Part shown: piece after piece, positions 1-10,000 of the stretch
How positions within the stretch are numbered: the first letter of the stretch is position 1
Layout: every line of letters starts with the position of its first letter
DNA from: Myxococcales bacterium
GTDB lineage: Bacteria; Myxococcota_A; UBA9042
Direction of reading: 5' to 3'
DNA: 64,000 nucleotides
Assembly (NCBI GenBank): GCA_037441385.1
Contig: JBBISH010000022.1
Location: forward strand, 2 to 64,001
Made by a program: the position numbers and the translations under genes
The notes under the pieces: generated by a model
The model's input: the letters and a program-made list of their open reading frames with translations, nothing else
Told to the model about the DNA's origin: nothing
Database searches by the model: none

Positions 1-14
1 CAATGAAAATGCGG

Positions 15-32
15 AGTAGAAAATGCCCCCCA
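15..32 (+). repeat. Copy 1 of conserved 18-nt intergenic motif AGTAGAAAATGCCCCCCA
   Basis: The identical 18-mer occurs at 15-32, 12255-12272 and 53094-53111, always intergenic. It has an AT-rich core in a GC-rich background. A G4 run follows the C6 run 9-30 nt later, so a stem is possible. Confidence 0.6.
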
Positions 33-68
33 TTTCCTCGGGGTCGGGCTGGTGGTAAGCTGAGCCAC

Positions 69-1796
69 ATGCGTTGGATGCTGGCCCTGTTGCTGTTCGT
101 GATTCCGCAACTGGCGGAGGCCCACACGCTGGCCATCGCCGATTTTGACGCCCACGCCAGCGACCCGCAGTTGCAGCCGTTGGCCAAGGGCATGGCCGAC
201 ATGCTGATCACGGACCTGTCGGCCGTGAAGGCGCTCCAACTGGTCGAGCGGAGCAAGCTGGCGGCGGTTGTCGCTGAGCTCAAGCTACAGCAGGGCCCGT
301 ACGTGGACCCGAACACCGCGCAAAGGCTTGGCAAATTGGTCGCGGCCGAGTGGCTGATGGTCGGCGGCCTTACCGCCTCGGGCAGCAAGTTGCGCCTCGA
401 TGCTCGCATCATCCAAGTCGAGACGGGCAAGGTGCAACTGGCCAAGGCGGTCGACGGCGACCTCTCGGACTTCTTTGCCCTGGAAAAAGACCTGGTCGAC
501 GCCGTGGTTGCGGGCCTTGCGGTCGCGGTGGACAGCAAGGAAAAGGCCGCCCTGCGGCGCAACCAGACCGAGAACCTGCGGGCCTTCACCGAGTACAGCC
601 GCGGCCTGGATGCGCGCGATCGCGGCGATGCGGCAGCCGCTCAAGCTGCCTTCGCGGCGGCGGTCGCGGCGGACCCGAATTACGCTGCTGCGGCGCAGGC
701 TTTGGCCCACTTGAACGCCAAGCTCTCTGCCCGAGCGGTGGACCATGCGCAAGGCGTCGCTGACCAGGTGGCGGCGTTGGACCCGACCGCGCCTGATTTT
801 GCAAAGGCATTCGGCAAGTTGTACGACACGGCCGGCGGCAAGGTCAGCTACCACGAGCGGGTCAAGTACCAGTTCGAGGCGCTCCGCGTCCTTGCCAAGA
901 AGGGCTGGAAGCCCGCTTTCGCAAAGGGCACACGCTGGCCCAACAACCCGGCCCATCACGAGTATCCAGAGGTAGATGAAGTCGCCTCCGCCCTCAGCGC
1001 CTGGGGCGACTGCGCCGAGATGGTCGACAAACAGGCCATCGTGCTCGACTACCTGCTCAGCAAATACGGCCCCGAGCCGTGGGTCGTCCACCGCCTCTTG
1101 CCCCTGGCCGAACGGGCGGCCCGTCCGCGCCAGTCGCCGCCGCGCCCCGTCAGCCGCTACGGCGACATGGGCGAGAAAGCCGGATGGGCGCTCGCCTATT
1201 TTGACGACCTCGTCGCCCTGCACAAACCCAAGCTCCGCGACCCGCAACCCGGCCCCCTGCTCGCCAATCTGATTGCTCTGTGCAAGACGGCCGAGCAGGC
1301 GTCCAAGGATGAGTATGAAGCTGAATTCCAGCGCCGGATCAAGGCGTTGAACCCAACCGACCGCGACTACACCGACCAGTGGCACGAGCTCCTTCTGGCT
1401 GCTGAGAACCACCCGCTGCGGGTCCGGCAACTCCCGGCCAAGATCGAGCTCCTCACCGCGACCGCCAAGCACCACGGTCGGCCGCGTCACGGCACCGAGC
1501 GCGATCCGGTGTGGATGGAGTGGAACCAGCTCAACATGCTCATGAATCGCTACACCGACGACCCCCAGTCCATCGGCCTGCTGGGCAAGGTCGCCGACTA
1601 CATCCTGGCCAAGTACCCCGACGCGCCGTACCTGGACAGCCAACTCAAGCTCACCGCCCAGGCCATCCAAAAGCACCTGGACGAGGCCGAAAGCTACCGC
1701 CGCCGCTGGGAAAATCGGCCATCCGGCGATCAAGAGAAGCAAGCAGCGCCGCAAGCGCGCGCGCTCTTTCAACTGCTGGGAACCGTCAAACCTTAG
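69..1796 (+). CDS. Secreted protein with a CsgG/LpoB-like N-terminal domain, a TPR-like segment and a large uncharacterised C-terminal region
   Basis: ORF 3..1796. The ATG at 69 gives the signal peptide MRWMLALLLFVIPQLAEA. The segment LAIADFD...MADMLITDLS...VERSKL...GKLVAAEWLMVGG...RLDARIIQVETGK resembles the CsgG-family fold. An Ala-rich TPR-like stretch follows. The last ~350 aa are unassigned. Confidence 0.6.
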   Translation: MRWMLALLLFVIPQLAEAHTLAIADFDAHASDPQLQPLAKGMADMLITDLSAVKALQLVERSKLAAVVAELKLQQGPYVDPNTAQRLGKLVAAEWLMVGGLTASGSKLRLDARIIQVETGKVQLAKAVDGDLSDFFALEKDLVDAVVAGLAVAVDSKEKAALRRNQTENLRAFTEYSRGLDARDRGDAAAAQAAFAAAVAADPNYAAAAQALAHLNAKLSARAVDHAQGVADQVAALDPTAPDFAKAFGKLYDTAGGKVSYHERVKYQFEALRVLAKKGWKPAFAKGTRWPNNPAHHEYPEVDEVASALSAWGDCAEMVDKQAIVLDYLLSKYGPEPWVVHRLLPLAERAARPRQSPPRPVSRYGDMGEKAGWALAYFDDLVALHKPKLRDPQPGPLLANLIALCKTAEQASKDEYEAEFQRRIKALNPTDRDYTDQWHELLLAAENHPLRVRQLPAKIELLTATAKHHGRPRHGTERDPVWMEWNQLNMLMNRYTDDPQSIGLLGKVADYILAKYPDAPYLDSQLKLTAQAIQKHLDEAESYRRRWENRPSGDQEKQAAPQARALFQLLGTVKP

Positions 1797-1809
1797 ATGT
1801 TCTAGTTAA

Positions 1810-3231
1810 TTACGGGCACTTGCTCGCGTCGAAGCTGCACTGCCCGGTCTTGGGGTCGCAGCTGTCCACGCTGCAGGCCTTGCCGTCGTCGCAGACCTTC
1901 GCCTTGCCGGCGCACTGGCCACTGCCGCACACGTCGCCAGCGGTGCACGCCACGCCGTCGTCGCAGGGCTGGCCGTCGTTCGCTGCCGCGTGCGTGCAGC
2001 CGGTCGTGTTGCCGCACACGTCGTCCGTGCAGGCCTTGTTGTCGTCGCACGTCAGGATCCCCGCGCATTTGCCGGCGCTCGCGCAGGTTGCGTTGCCCCA
2101 CGGGTCCGTGAACAGGATGCGCGCGTCGCCCTGCAAGTCGCCCACCACCGCCAGACCAGTCGGGACGCGCAAGATGCTGTACGGCTTGCCCAAATGCGAC
2201 TGCTGCCACAGCACGTGCCCGGCGCCGTCGATACCGAGGAGGCGCTGCCCGCCGGCCGTAAGCGCACCCACCACCCAGCCATACGGCATCGGCGCGACGA
2301 TGAACACGTCTTTGGTCTCGGGCAGCGATACGTCCCAGGTGGGCTCGCCCTGCGCATCCAACGCCACTAGCCAGCCCTGGCCGGCCTTCTTGCCGTACGC
2401 CACAAAGCCGCCCTCGGGCTGCGCCGCGGCGCGCAGGCTCCAGAACCAGTCCTCGCCGTTGCTGCCCAGGACCTTGACCCACTTCTGGTTGCCATCGCTG
2501 GCGATGCGCCAAATGCCGCCGTCCAAGCCGCCCTTGCCGCCGCTGGGCAAGGTCTCGCCGGCAACCAGGAAGTCGCCGCCCGGCAGTAGCTCCACGCCGT
2601 TCAAGCTCGTGTTGGCCGAGCCGGCGCCGCTGTCGTAGCCCGGGTTGTCGCAGCCCTGCAGGCACTTGCCCTTGCCGTCCAAGACAATCAGAAAGCCCTT
2701 GGTGCCGGTGGGCGCGGCGTGGCGACCCGTCAGCACGTAGTTCGCGCCCGCCTTGGCCAGGCCGTAGCACTGCTCGCTGCCGCCCAAGTCCACCGCGGTC
2801 ACCTGCGCAACCCCGGCCTGGCTCACGCGAATCAGCACCGGGTCGTCGTCCTTGCCAAACGCGGTGGCGTTCATCACCCAGCCGTCGCCATCCTGTAGGA
2901 CCGTATAGACCTCTTCGTTCGTCAGCGTGTCCAGCTTGATGTCCAGCTTGCCCGTCGGCCCCGCCGTATTGAATTGCATCAGGCGGCTGAAGGACTTGCT
3001 CGTCGTCTTGAGCACGTGGGCTGCAACGATGGTACCGTCGGGCTGCAGCACGCCGCTCGCGAACAGCTGCTCGTCCGGCGTGGTCATCACAATCGGTTCG
3101 GGGTATTGGGCCTTGCAGGCCGCCGAGGTACCACTGGCGTCGGCACCGGCAACCACCGCCGTCTTGTCCAGGGTCTCTACGCACGCCGCCGTGGTCAGAG
3201 CGCACACCGCAGTCAAAATCAGGTGTTTCAT
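1810..3231 (-). CDS. Lipoprotein with a propeller-like N-terminal region and C-terminal Cys-rich repeats (C-x-D-D-x-x-C-T-x-D-x-C)
   Basis: ORF 1810..3249. The ATG at 3231 gives MKHLILTAVCALTTAAC, a lipoprotein-type signal. The C-terminus reads CDDNKACTDDVCGNTTGCTH...CDDGVACTAGDVCGSGQC...CDDGKACSVDSCDPKTGQC. Confidence 0.7.
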   Translation of the reverse strand: MKHLILTAVCALTTAACVETLDKTAVVAGADASGTSAACKAQYPEPIVMTTPDEQLFASGVLQPDGTIVAAHVLKTTSKSFSRLMQFNTAGPTGKLDIKLDTLTNEEVYTVLQDGDGWVMNATAFGKDDDPVLIRVSQAGVAQVTAVDLGGSEQCYGLAKAGANYVLTGRHAAPTGTKGFLIVLDGKGKCLQGCDNPGYDSGAGSANTSLNGVELLPGGDFLVAGETLPSGGKGGLDGGIWRIASDGNQKWVKVLGSNGEDWFWSLRAAAQPEGGFVAYGKKAGQGWLVALDAQGEPTWDVSLPETKDVFIVAPMPYGWVVGALTAGGQRLLGIDGAGHVLWQQSHLGKPYSILRVPTGLAVVGDLQGDARILFTDPWGNATCASAGKCAGILTCDDNKACTDDVCGNTTGCTHAAANDGQPCDDGVACTAGDVCGSGQCAGKAKVCDDGKACSVDSCDPKTGQCSFDASKCP

Positions 3232-3404
3232 GGCTACGCTCGCTCCCACAGTGGCCTTTCCAGGGCGGACCCGGCTGGCCGCAGGGTAGGGCAGCGGGTC
3301 GTTTCGATCAACCGCCGCTCCGACGCACCCTGCAAATCTTCATTAGGTTCTGTTGAGTTCCGCGCTGGTCGACCTACTTACTGCGTCGGATTGGGTGTGA
3401 CTGC

Positions 3405-4649
3405 CTACGCGGCGTCGAGCGCCGCCAGATACTCGGCCAGCAGGTCGCGCCAGTCCTCGATGCCCACCGAGATCCGCACCAGCGCGTCCGACACGCCATA
3501 GCGCGCCAGTTCCTCGGGGCTCATCTCGCTGTGGGTGGTGCTGGCTGGGTGGCACGACAGGCTCTCGACCCCGCCCAAGCTCACCGCATTCTTGGTGATG
3601 TGCAGCGCGCGCAAGAAGTCGTACGCCGCCGCCTTGCCCCCCGCCAGCTCAAAAGCCAGGATGCCGCCCGGATAGGCGCACTGGGCGTCGCGGATGCGCT
3701 GCTGCTCGGGGTCCCGGAACTGCGACGGGTACAGCAGCCGGGCAATCTTGGGATGGCCGGCCAGTCCGTCGGCGATACGCTGCGCGTTCTTGCTCTGCCG
3801 GTACATGCGCTGGCTGACCGTGGGCAGGCGGCTGTCCAGCAGCCAGCATTCGTCGGGCTGCAAGATGTTCCCCAAGATGGCGCGCGTGCCGCGCAAGGTA
3901 TCGATCAGCGTGCGGTTCTTGGCCAAGACCACACCGCCCAGCATGTCCGAGAAACCGCCCAAGTACTTCGTCGCCGAATACACCGTCAGATCCGCGCCCA
4001 AAGTCAGCGGGTGCTGAAACACCGGGCCCATGAAGGTGTTGTCCACGCACACCAGCGGCGGCTCCGCCATGCCCTGCGCCGTCCGCACCGCCGCAGCGAT
4101 ATCGCTCATCACCAAGGTCGGGTTGGCCGGCGACTCCACAAAGATCAGCTTGCAGTCTGGACACTGGGTGATCGCCTCCACCAGCGCCGGCGTGTCGCCC
4201 GCCGCCACCGGTACGCCAATCATCCCAAGGGGTTCTAGCATCTGGTGGATCAAGTGCTGGGTGCCGCCGTAGAGCGGCGTTGTGTAGACGAAGCGCGCAC
4301 CGGGCCGGCAAAACGTCAAGAAAACGGTCGAGATGGCCGCCATGCCCGAGTTGAAGACCGCCGCGGCCTCGGCGCCTTCTTCCAGCGGCGTAATCTGGTC
4401 TTCCAGAATCTCGGCGTTGGGGTGCGACAGGCGCGAGTAGATCAGGTCCACGCTCTCGCCCGGCTCGGGGGCGGCGCGGCCCAGGGCGATGTCAAAGGCG
4501 CGCTCGGCCATTTCGGGGCTAGAAAACACATAGGTGGACGAGCGGAACACGGCCGGCCGCGCCGACCCCACCGAGAGACGCGGGTCAAAACCCCTGGTCA
4601 AGACGGCGGTATTGGGGCGGACGATGTAGGGCGGCGTGGCAGTGGGCAT
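3405..4649 (-). CDS. Cys/Met-metabolism PLP-dependent enzyme (cystathionine gamma-synthase / methionine gamma-lyase family)
   Basis: PLP-lysine motif YSATKYLGGFSDMLGG, with family-typical length and flanks. The ORF-track start at 4697 is TTG. The ATG at 4649 has AGGA 5 nt upstream. Confidence 0.8.
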   Translation of the reverse strand: MPTATPPYIVRPNTAVLTRGFDPRLSVGSARPAVFRSSTYVFSSPEMAERAFDIALGRAAPEPGESVDLIYSRLSHPNAEILEDQITPLEEGAEAAAVFNSGMAAISTVFLTFCRPGARFVYTTPLYGGTQHLIHQMLEPLGMIGVPVAAGDTPALVEAITQCPDCKLIFVESPANPTLVMSDIAAAVRTAQGMAEPPLVCVDNTFMGPVFQHPLTLGADLTVYSATKYLGGFSDMLGGVVLAKNRTLIDTLRGTRAILGNILQPDECWLLDSRLPTVSQRMYRQSKNAQRIADGLAGHPKIARLLYPSQFRDPEQQRIRDAQCAYPGGILAFELAGGKAAAYDFLRALHITKNAVSLGGVESLSCHPASTTHSEMSPEELARYGVSDALVRISVGIEDWRDLLAEYLAALDAA

Positions 4650-4763
4650 GGCGATCCTGGCGGCCGCTCCCAAGCGCGGCAAAGCCAAGATAGACAAGCC
4701 GGCCAGGGCTGTCAGGGTACGGCGCGGCTGCCGTGGCGTGGCCGTGACGTCCCGCGCCCGCCG

Positions 4764-6776
4764 TTAGAGATCGATCGCGTAGACGTGGCTCGACTTGGGC
4801 GCCCGCAGCCAGCGTTCGGTAATGATCTTACGCAAGTCGGCCCACTGACCCGCATCCTCGACCATCGCCTTCTTCAGCGCCAGAGCGGCCGGCTTGTCAC
4901 CGCGGGCCTTGATACCGGCCACCTGTGTCATGAGCGCGGCGATCGCCACGTTCAACTTGGCGCTGTCGACCTGGAAACAACCGATGTCTTTGCCGTTGGC
5001 GGCGGTCTCGGCGGCGTGCCACTGCAGGGCGCCGCTCTGGACAAAACTGCCCAATTGCACCGCGGCCAGCTGGCTGTAGGGCTTGGGCCGGCCATCGGCG
5101 TCGACCATGCCGTTGCTGATGTGGCCAAAACCCCAAGCGACATCGGCCAGATGCGCCCTGCGCGCCATGGTCTGGTCGATCACGCCTTTGCCCACCAGCC
5201 AGTCGGTCAAATAGAAGGCAATCGTCTGGGCTTTCAGCTCTTCGAGCGTCGACGCCAGCCCACCGCCAAAGACCTCGCCGTCCTTCTGGCCGTTCACGCG
5301 ATACTCGTGTGCCGGCCCCAAGTTGTGCCCCGCTTCGTGCAGCACCGTCGACATCTGCAGTGGTCCGGGGTCGGTCACAAAATCGGCCATCGTCGCCTTG
5401 CAGAACAAGCTCGCCGTCTGCTCTTGCCACTGCGCGCGCGAGTCGGCGTCGGTGCCGATGTTCGACATGGCGACCGTGCGCCCGCGGCCCTCGTTCGCCA
5501 CCGGCCCCCAATTCGGCAGACTTTGACCCACCGTAGCGCCCAGCGCCGCCCGCGCTTCGCCTTTGTTCAGCACGATTTGAATGAAGTCGGGCAGGTGGAA
5601 GTCGACCTTGCGCGCCACGTAGGGCGGCCCGGCCAGCTTGGCCAGCAGCGCCTCCATCTCGGTCTTCAGCGGGTCCAGCTTCTGCTGCCACTGCAGCGAG
5701 CCCTGGTCGATGCGCGCCAACGTAAAGGCGAATCCGGCCTTGCGCGAGCACGGTTCGTAGTACACCTCGTCGGGGGCAACCCGCAGGTACCACTTCGAGT
5801 TGGTCGCGCTCATCGCCGCCCACGCCTCGTCGGCCGGCTGCCAATTGCCGTCGCGAAAAGCCTGCGCCGCCGCCTTCAAGTAGGCCCGCAACGGCGCTTC
5901 GTCCGCGCGATCTTCGGCCGCGGCAGCCTGATCGAGCAACTCGGCCACCGCCGCCATGTCGGCGGCATACGCGACGTGGTACGGCTGGGCCGCCAGCTTG
6001 CCGGCCGCGTCGCGCACCACCACCGTGAACGGGTCCAGCAGCACCGCGTGGTCGGGGTGGGCCGCTAGTTCCTCGCAGAACTTGGGATTCTCTTGCAGAT
6101 CGCCTGGATACAGCCCCGAGCGCTTGGGCGGCCTGCTGGCCAGCGCGTGACAGTTGCGGTCCCGCTCGGTGGCCGGCGCCTCGCACCACGGACCCTGGTT
6201 GCGGTAGAGCAGGGCCCGCGACGCCGCGTCGTCTTTGGGGATTTGGTCGGCCATGCCCACCGTCCCCAACTGGCGGGCATGCAGGGCTTCGACCCGGTCG
6301 GCGGCGGCCAAAAGCTTGCCGATCATGACTTTTTCGCCAGCGCCCAGGCCGCGCAGGTCGCTGTACAGCAAGGTGGGGCGGCCCTGGCGGAGCTCCGCGC
6401 GGACGGCCGCTTTGCGCTCCCTCTCGGCCTCGGCCTGCGCCGGATCCCGGACATGTTCGGGGTGCGCCAGCCAGTGGACCGTCTCCCAAAACGCCGCAGT
6501 GGGGCCGTTCTCGCCCATCCACCGCGACCGCGGACCGCCCGGCGCCCCGTGCAGGAGCACCACTTCGTCGGCGTCCACGGCCTCGTTGTGGTTGGCGTCG
6601 TCGCGCCAGAAAAGGGGCACGCCGATTTCCGCCGCCCAGAAATTGAACTCCGCGCGCGACACCTCGACGGGCACACTGGGCCGCTTCGGCGCTGCCTCCA
6701 CCTTGTCGCTGGGTGTTTGTGCGCCCCCGCAACCTACTGCCAGGGCCGCGGCCGCAAGCCACCATTTCTCGAGCAT
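4764..6776 (-). CDS. Lipoprotein zinc metallopeptidase (HExxH; possibly DPP-III/M49-like)
   Basis: The ATG at 6776 gives MLEKWWLAAAALAVGCGG with a lipobox. The zinc motif is VLHEAGHNLGPAHEY, with LEELKAQ downstream as a possible second ligand motif. Confidence 0.65.
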   Translation of the reverse strand: MLEKWWLAAAALAVGCGGAQTPSDKVEAAPKRPSVPVEVSRAEFNFWAAEIGVPLFWRDDANHNEAVDADEVVLLHGAPGGPRSRWMGENGPTAAFWETVHWLAHPEHVRDPAQAEAERERKAAVRAELRQGRPTLLYSDLRGLGAGEKVMIGKLLAAADRVEALHARQLGTVGMADQIPKDDAASRALLYRNQGPWCEAPATERDRNCHALASRPPKRSGLYPGDLQENPKFCEELAAHPDHAVLLDPFTVVVRDAAGKLAAQPYHVAYAADMAAVAELLDQAAAAEDRADEAPLRAYLKAAAQAFRDGNWQPADEAWAAMSATNSKWYLRVAPDEVYYEPCSRKAGFAFTLARIDQGSLQWQQKLDPLKTEMEALLAKLAGPPYVARKVDFHLPDFIQIVLNKGEARAALGATVGQSLPNWGPVANEGRGRTVAMSNIGTDADSRAQWQEQTASLFCKATMADFVTDPGPLQMSTVLHEAGHNLGPAHEYRVNGQKDGEVFGGGLASTLEELKAQTIAFYLTDWLVGKGVIDQTMARRAHLADVAWGFGHISNGMVDADGRPKPYSQLAAVQLGSFVQSGALQWHAAETAANGKDIGCFQVDSAKLNVAIAALMTQVAGIKARGDKPAALALKKAMVEDAGQWADLRKIITERWLRAPKSSHVYAIDL

Positions 6777-6858
6777 GTTCCCCGTCCCGCGCACCCCATG
6801 AATCCCGGTGCCAGGGCGCATCATGCCGCGCCGTGACAGCGCCGTGAAGGGCCGCTGA

Positions 6859-6990
6859 TACGCACCCCACCTGATTCACGCCGATACGCTTCTTCTGACC
6901 CGTTATGCAACTGGCGAGAATCAGGCGGGGACCCCGGTTCGGGCCCTGAGAATTGCCCGAGTTTTCGATCTGATTCGGACGGAACTGGTA
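6859..6990 (-). mobile_element. 132-bp structured non-coding repeat (MITE/PATE-like), copy 1, inverted orientation
   Basis: Reverse complement of the copies at 28699, 57523 and 59693. It is exactly 132 bp, with TA at both ends, and is flanked by TGA at 6856-6858 and 6991-6993. It lies 73 nt upstream of the 7064 gene. Confidence 0.8.
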
Positions 6991-7063
6991 TGACCGATGC
7001 CTTGACGCCACCGCAAGCTCCCGAAAAACTAGGACAGGCGCGCTCTGCGCCCGCGAGGCAGCG

Positions 7064-10000
7064 ATGGCGATTCTCAAGGCGAGCGCAGGACTGGGCCGTC
7101 TAGGTCTGTTTACTTGTAGTATTGCGACCTTGCTGGCCATTGGCTGTGACAGCACCCCTGGGCCGGCCGCCACAGCGCCGGTCGACGCCAAGGCCGACAG
7201 CGTCAGCGACACCAACATTCTCTTCGACACAGGCGGCAGCGACCTCTTTGGCGGCGAATTTGGCGTTTGGGACGAGGTTGAGCTCGACATCCCCGCGGTC
7301 GACGCCACGGACACCAACCTGGCCGATGCCGCCACCACGGACACCGCCGACGTCGTGGCCAACTGCCCCGGCGGCCCCGGTTGCCCGTGCACGGACAACA
7401 AGGAGTGCGACCTGCTGGTCTGCCTGGACACGCCCGACGGCAAAGTCTGTGCGCAGAACTGCGCCACCACCTGCCCCAAAGACTACGTCTGTACTCAGTT
7501 TTCGGGCGGCGGCGGCGATACCACCAACCTGTGCGCACCGCAGTACGGCTGGCGCTGCGAACCGTGCACGGCGTCGAGCCAATGCAGCGCCCCCGGTCAG
7601 GCCGCCGCCGCGTGCGTGGTCTACGGAAGTCAGGGCGCGTTCTGTGGCAGCGCCTGCAGCCAAGACAGCGACTGCGGCGCCGGCTTTGTGTGCCAGACCG
7701 CAAAAACTGTAGAAGGCACCAGCAGCAAGCAGTGCGTCGTGATCGACGACAAGAACGCGTTGCCGCAGTGCCCGTGCTCCAAGCGCGCCGTCCAGCTAGG
7801 CCTGTCGACGATCTGCAGCAATCCCACCGGCACGTCGGCGGTCTGCAGCGGCAAGCGGGTCTGCACGGTGGCCGGTCCCGGCGGTCTGTCGGCCTGCGAC
7901 GCTCCCGCCCCTGCGACCGAGACGTGCAACGGCGTCGACGACGACTGTAACGGCGCCACCGACGAGATTGGCTGCGACGACGGCAACCCGTGCACCAAAG
8001 ACGGTTGCGACGCGGCCCAGAAGGCCTGCACCCACACCGCGGAGGTGGGCATCGTCTGCGACGACGGCGACCCGTGCACCCTGGGCGACCTGTGCAAAAA
8101 CGGCAGCTGCGCCGGCGGCTTGAAGGCCTGCGAGTGCCAGCTCGACGCGGACTGCGCCAGTCAAGAAGACGGCAACCTGTGCAACGGCACGCTGTATTGC
8201 GACACGGCGACCGTGCCGTACAAGTGCAAGCCCAAGCTGAACAGCGCGGTCGTCTGCGACACCCAAGCGGATACGGCTTGCGTCAAGGCCAATTGCGTGC
8301 CAAGCACCGGCCTGTGCCAGCCCACCCCGGTGCCTGACGGCGGTTTGTGCGACGACGGCAGCCCCTGCACCCAGGGCGACAGCTGCGAGGGCGGCACGTG
8401 CAAGCCGGGGATCAACGTCATGGCCTGCTGCGCCGACGCCGACTGCGTGGGCAAAGAGGACGGCAACCTGTGCAACGGCACCTTGTACTGCGACATGACC
8501 TCAATGCCGTATATGTGCAAAGTCAAGCCGTCCACAGTGGTCACCTGCGACACCAGCGGCGACACCGCGTGCCTCAAGACCACCTGCGACCAAAGCAGCG
8601 GCAAGTGCGGCCCGACGCCCGTCAATGGTGTGGTCTGCGACGACGGCAACGCCTGCACGGTGGGCGACGCCTGCAAGGCAGGTGCTTGCGAGTCGGGTAC
8701 CAACATCTGCGGCTGCCAGCAGGACAGCGACTGCGCCCCCAAAGAAGACGGCGACCTGTGCAACGGCACGCTTTATTGCGACAAGGGCAAGGTCCCGTAC
8801 CAGTGCCAGATCGACCCCAAGACGGTCGTCACGTGCGACACGACAGGCGACACCACTTGCGCCAAGGCCGCCTGCGACGCCAAGACCGGCAAGTGCGCGG
8901 CCAAGCCAGTCCCCGACGGCGTCAATTGCAGCGACGGCAGCGCCTGCACCGGACCCGACCAGTGCGCGACGGGCCAGTGTGCCGGTCCAGCGGTCAGCTG
9001 CGACGACAAGAACCCTTGTACCAGCGATAGTTGTGACCCAAAGGACGGCTGCCTGCACGCCAGCAACACCGCCCCGTGCAGCGATGGCAACGCCTGTACC
9101 TTGGGCGACGTCTGCGCCAATGGCGCGTGCAGCGCCGGCCCGCCGCCGTCGTGCACGGATGGCACCAAGAACGGTGGCGAGACCGACAAAGACTGTGGCG
9201 GCGTAAGCACTTGCGGCCTGCCCGCCTGCCCAAGCTGCCCCACCAGCGCAGCATGCACGAGCGGCAGCGACTGCGCCAGCAAGGTCTGCTCGGGCGGCTA
9301 CTGCTCTAGCCCCACGTGCAAAGATGGCTTCCAGAACGGCGACGAAACCGGCCTGGACTGCGGCGGAGGCATGTGCAACGCCTGCCCCACCCTGTTGCTG
9401 GTCGCGACCGGCGGTGCCACCGTAGCCGGCGAGTTGGGCAAGGCGGGCACCTGGAAGACCCAGACCTTCGCTGCCCCCAGCGTCGACGCGCCCAGCATCA
9501 TTGCTGGCCCTTCGTACAGTTTGGCGGCGCTGCGCTACACCAAGACCTCGGACTTGCAGGACAATCAGGTGCAGGTTCTGAAGTGGAACTACGCCGGCTG
9601 GACCGTGCCTAGTGCACTGGGGACCGACATCGTCACCCAGAGTCGCCCCAGCTTGGCGTGGCTCGGCAGCAACGCCCTGCTCGTGTATCATGGTAGTGAT
9701 TTCAAGTACTACAGTATGGTCTACTCGGGCAGCTGGACGCCGGTCGCCTGGGTCGGGTCGCCGCAATCCTACGGTCCGCGGGGACCGGCCTTGGCGACGC
9801 TGGGCGGCTCGGCGCTGCTGACCTACATCGACGGCGGCAACAGCAACCACTTGGCAGGCAAGGTCTATACCAGCAGCTGGGATGCCACGCTCGACGGCGG
9901 CGCCGGCCCCGACTACACCATTGCGCCTGCCGTGGTCGGGACCGGGACGGGCACGGCGCTGGCGGCCTACAGCAAATCGGGCGGCGCGGTGGCGGCTCAG

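Noticed and set aside
285-1772. 495-aa minus-strand ORF antisense to the first gene. Similar long antisense or alternative-frame ORFs include 4245-6068(+), 8501-10111(-), 19581-20951(-), 36009-37097(-), 49384-51126(+), 53575-55491(+) and 58354-59526(-).
   Set aside because: These are typical shadow ORFs of GC-rich DNA. Their translations are Arg/Ala/Gly/Pro-rich and low in complexity, with no motifs. The opposite or alternative frame carries a recognisable protein.
6925-6950. GGGGACCCCGGTTCGGGCCC inside the repeat element as a tRNA T-arm remnant.
   Set aside because: No acceptor or anticodon arms can be drawn around it, and the match to GGTTCGAATCC is partial. It is treated as part of the element.
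4897-7479. 860-aa minus-strand ORF spanning the peptidase gene, an intergenic region, a repeat element and the start of the 7064 gene.
   Set aside because: It crosses a non-coding repeat and two well-supported genes in other frames. The composition is Arg/Gly/Ala-dominated.
8129-8997. Tandem repeats considered as a CRISPR-like or satellite array.
   Set aside because: The repeats are ~290 nt, in frame and diverged at the DNA level but conserved at the protein level, inside a continuous ORF. There is no short direct-repeat/spacer structure anywhere in the window.
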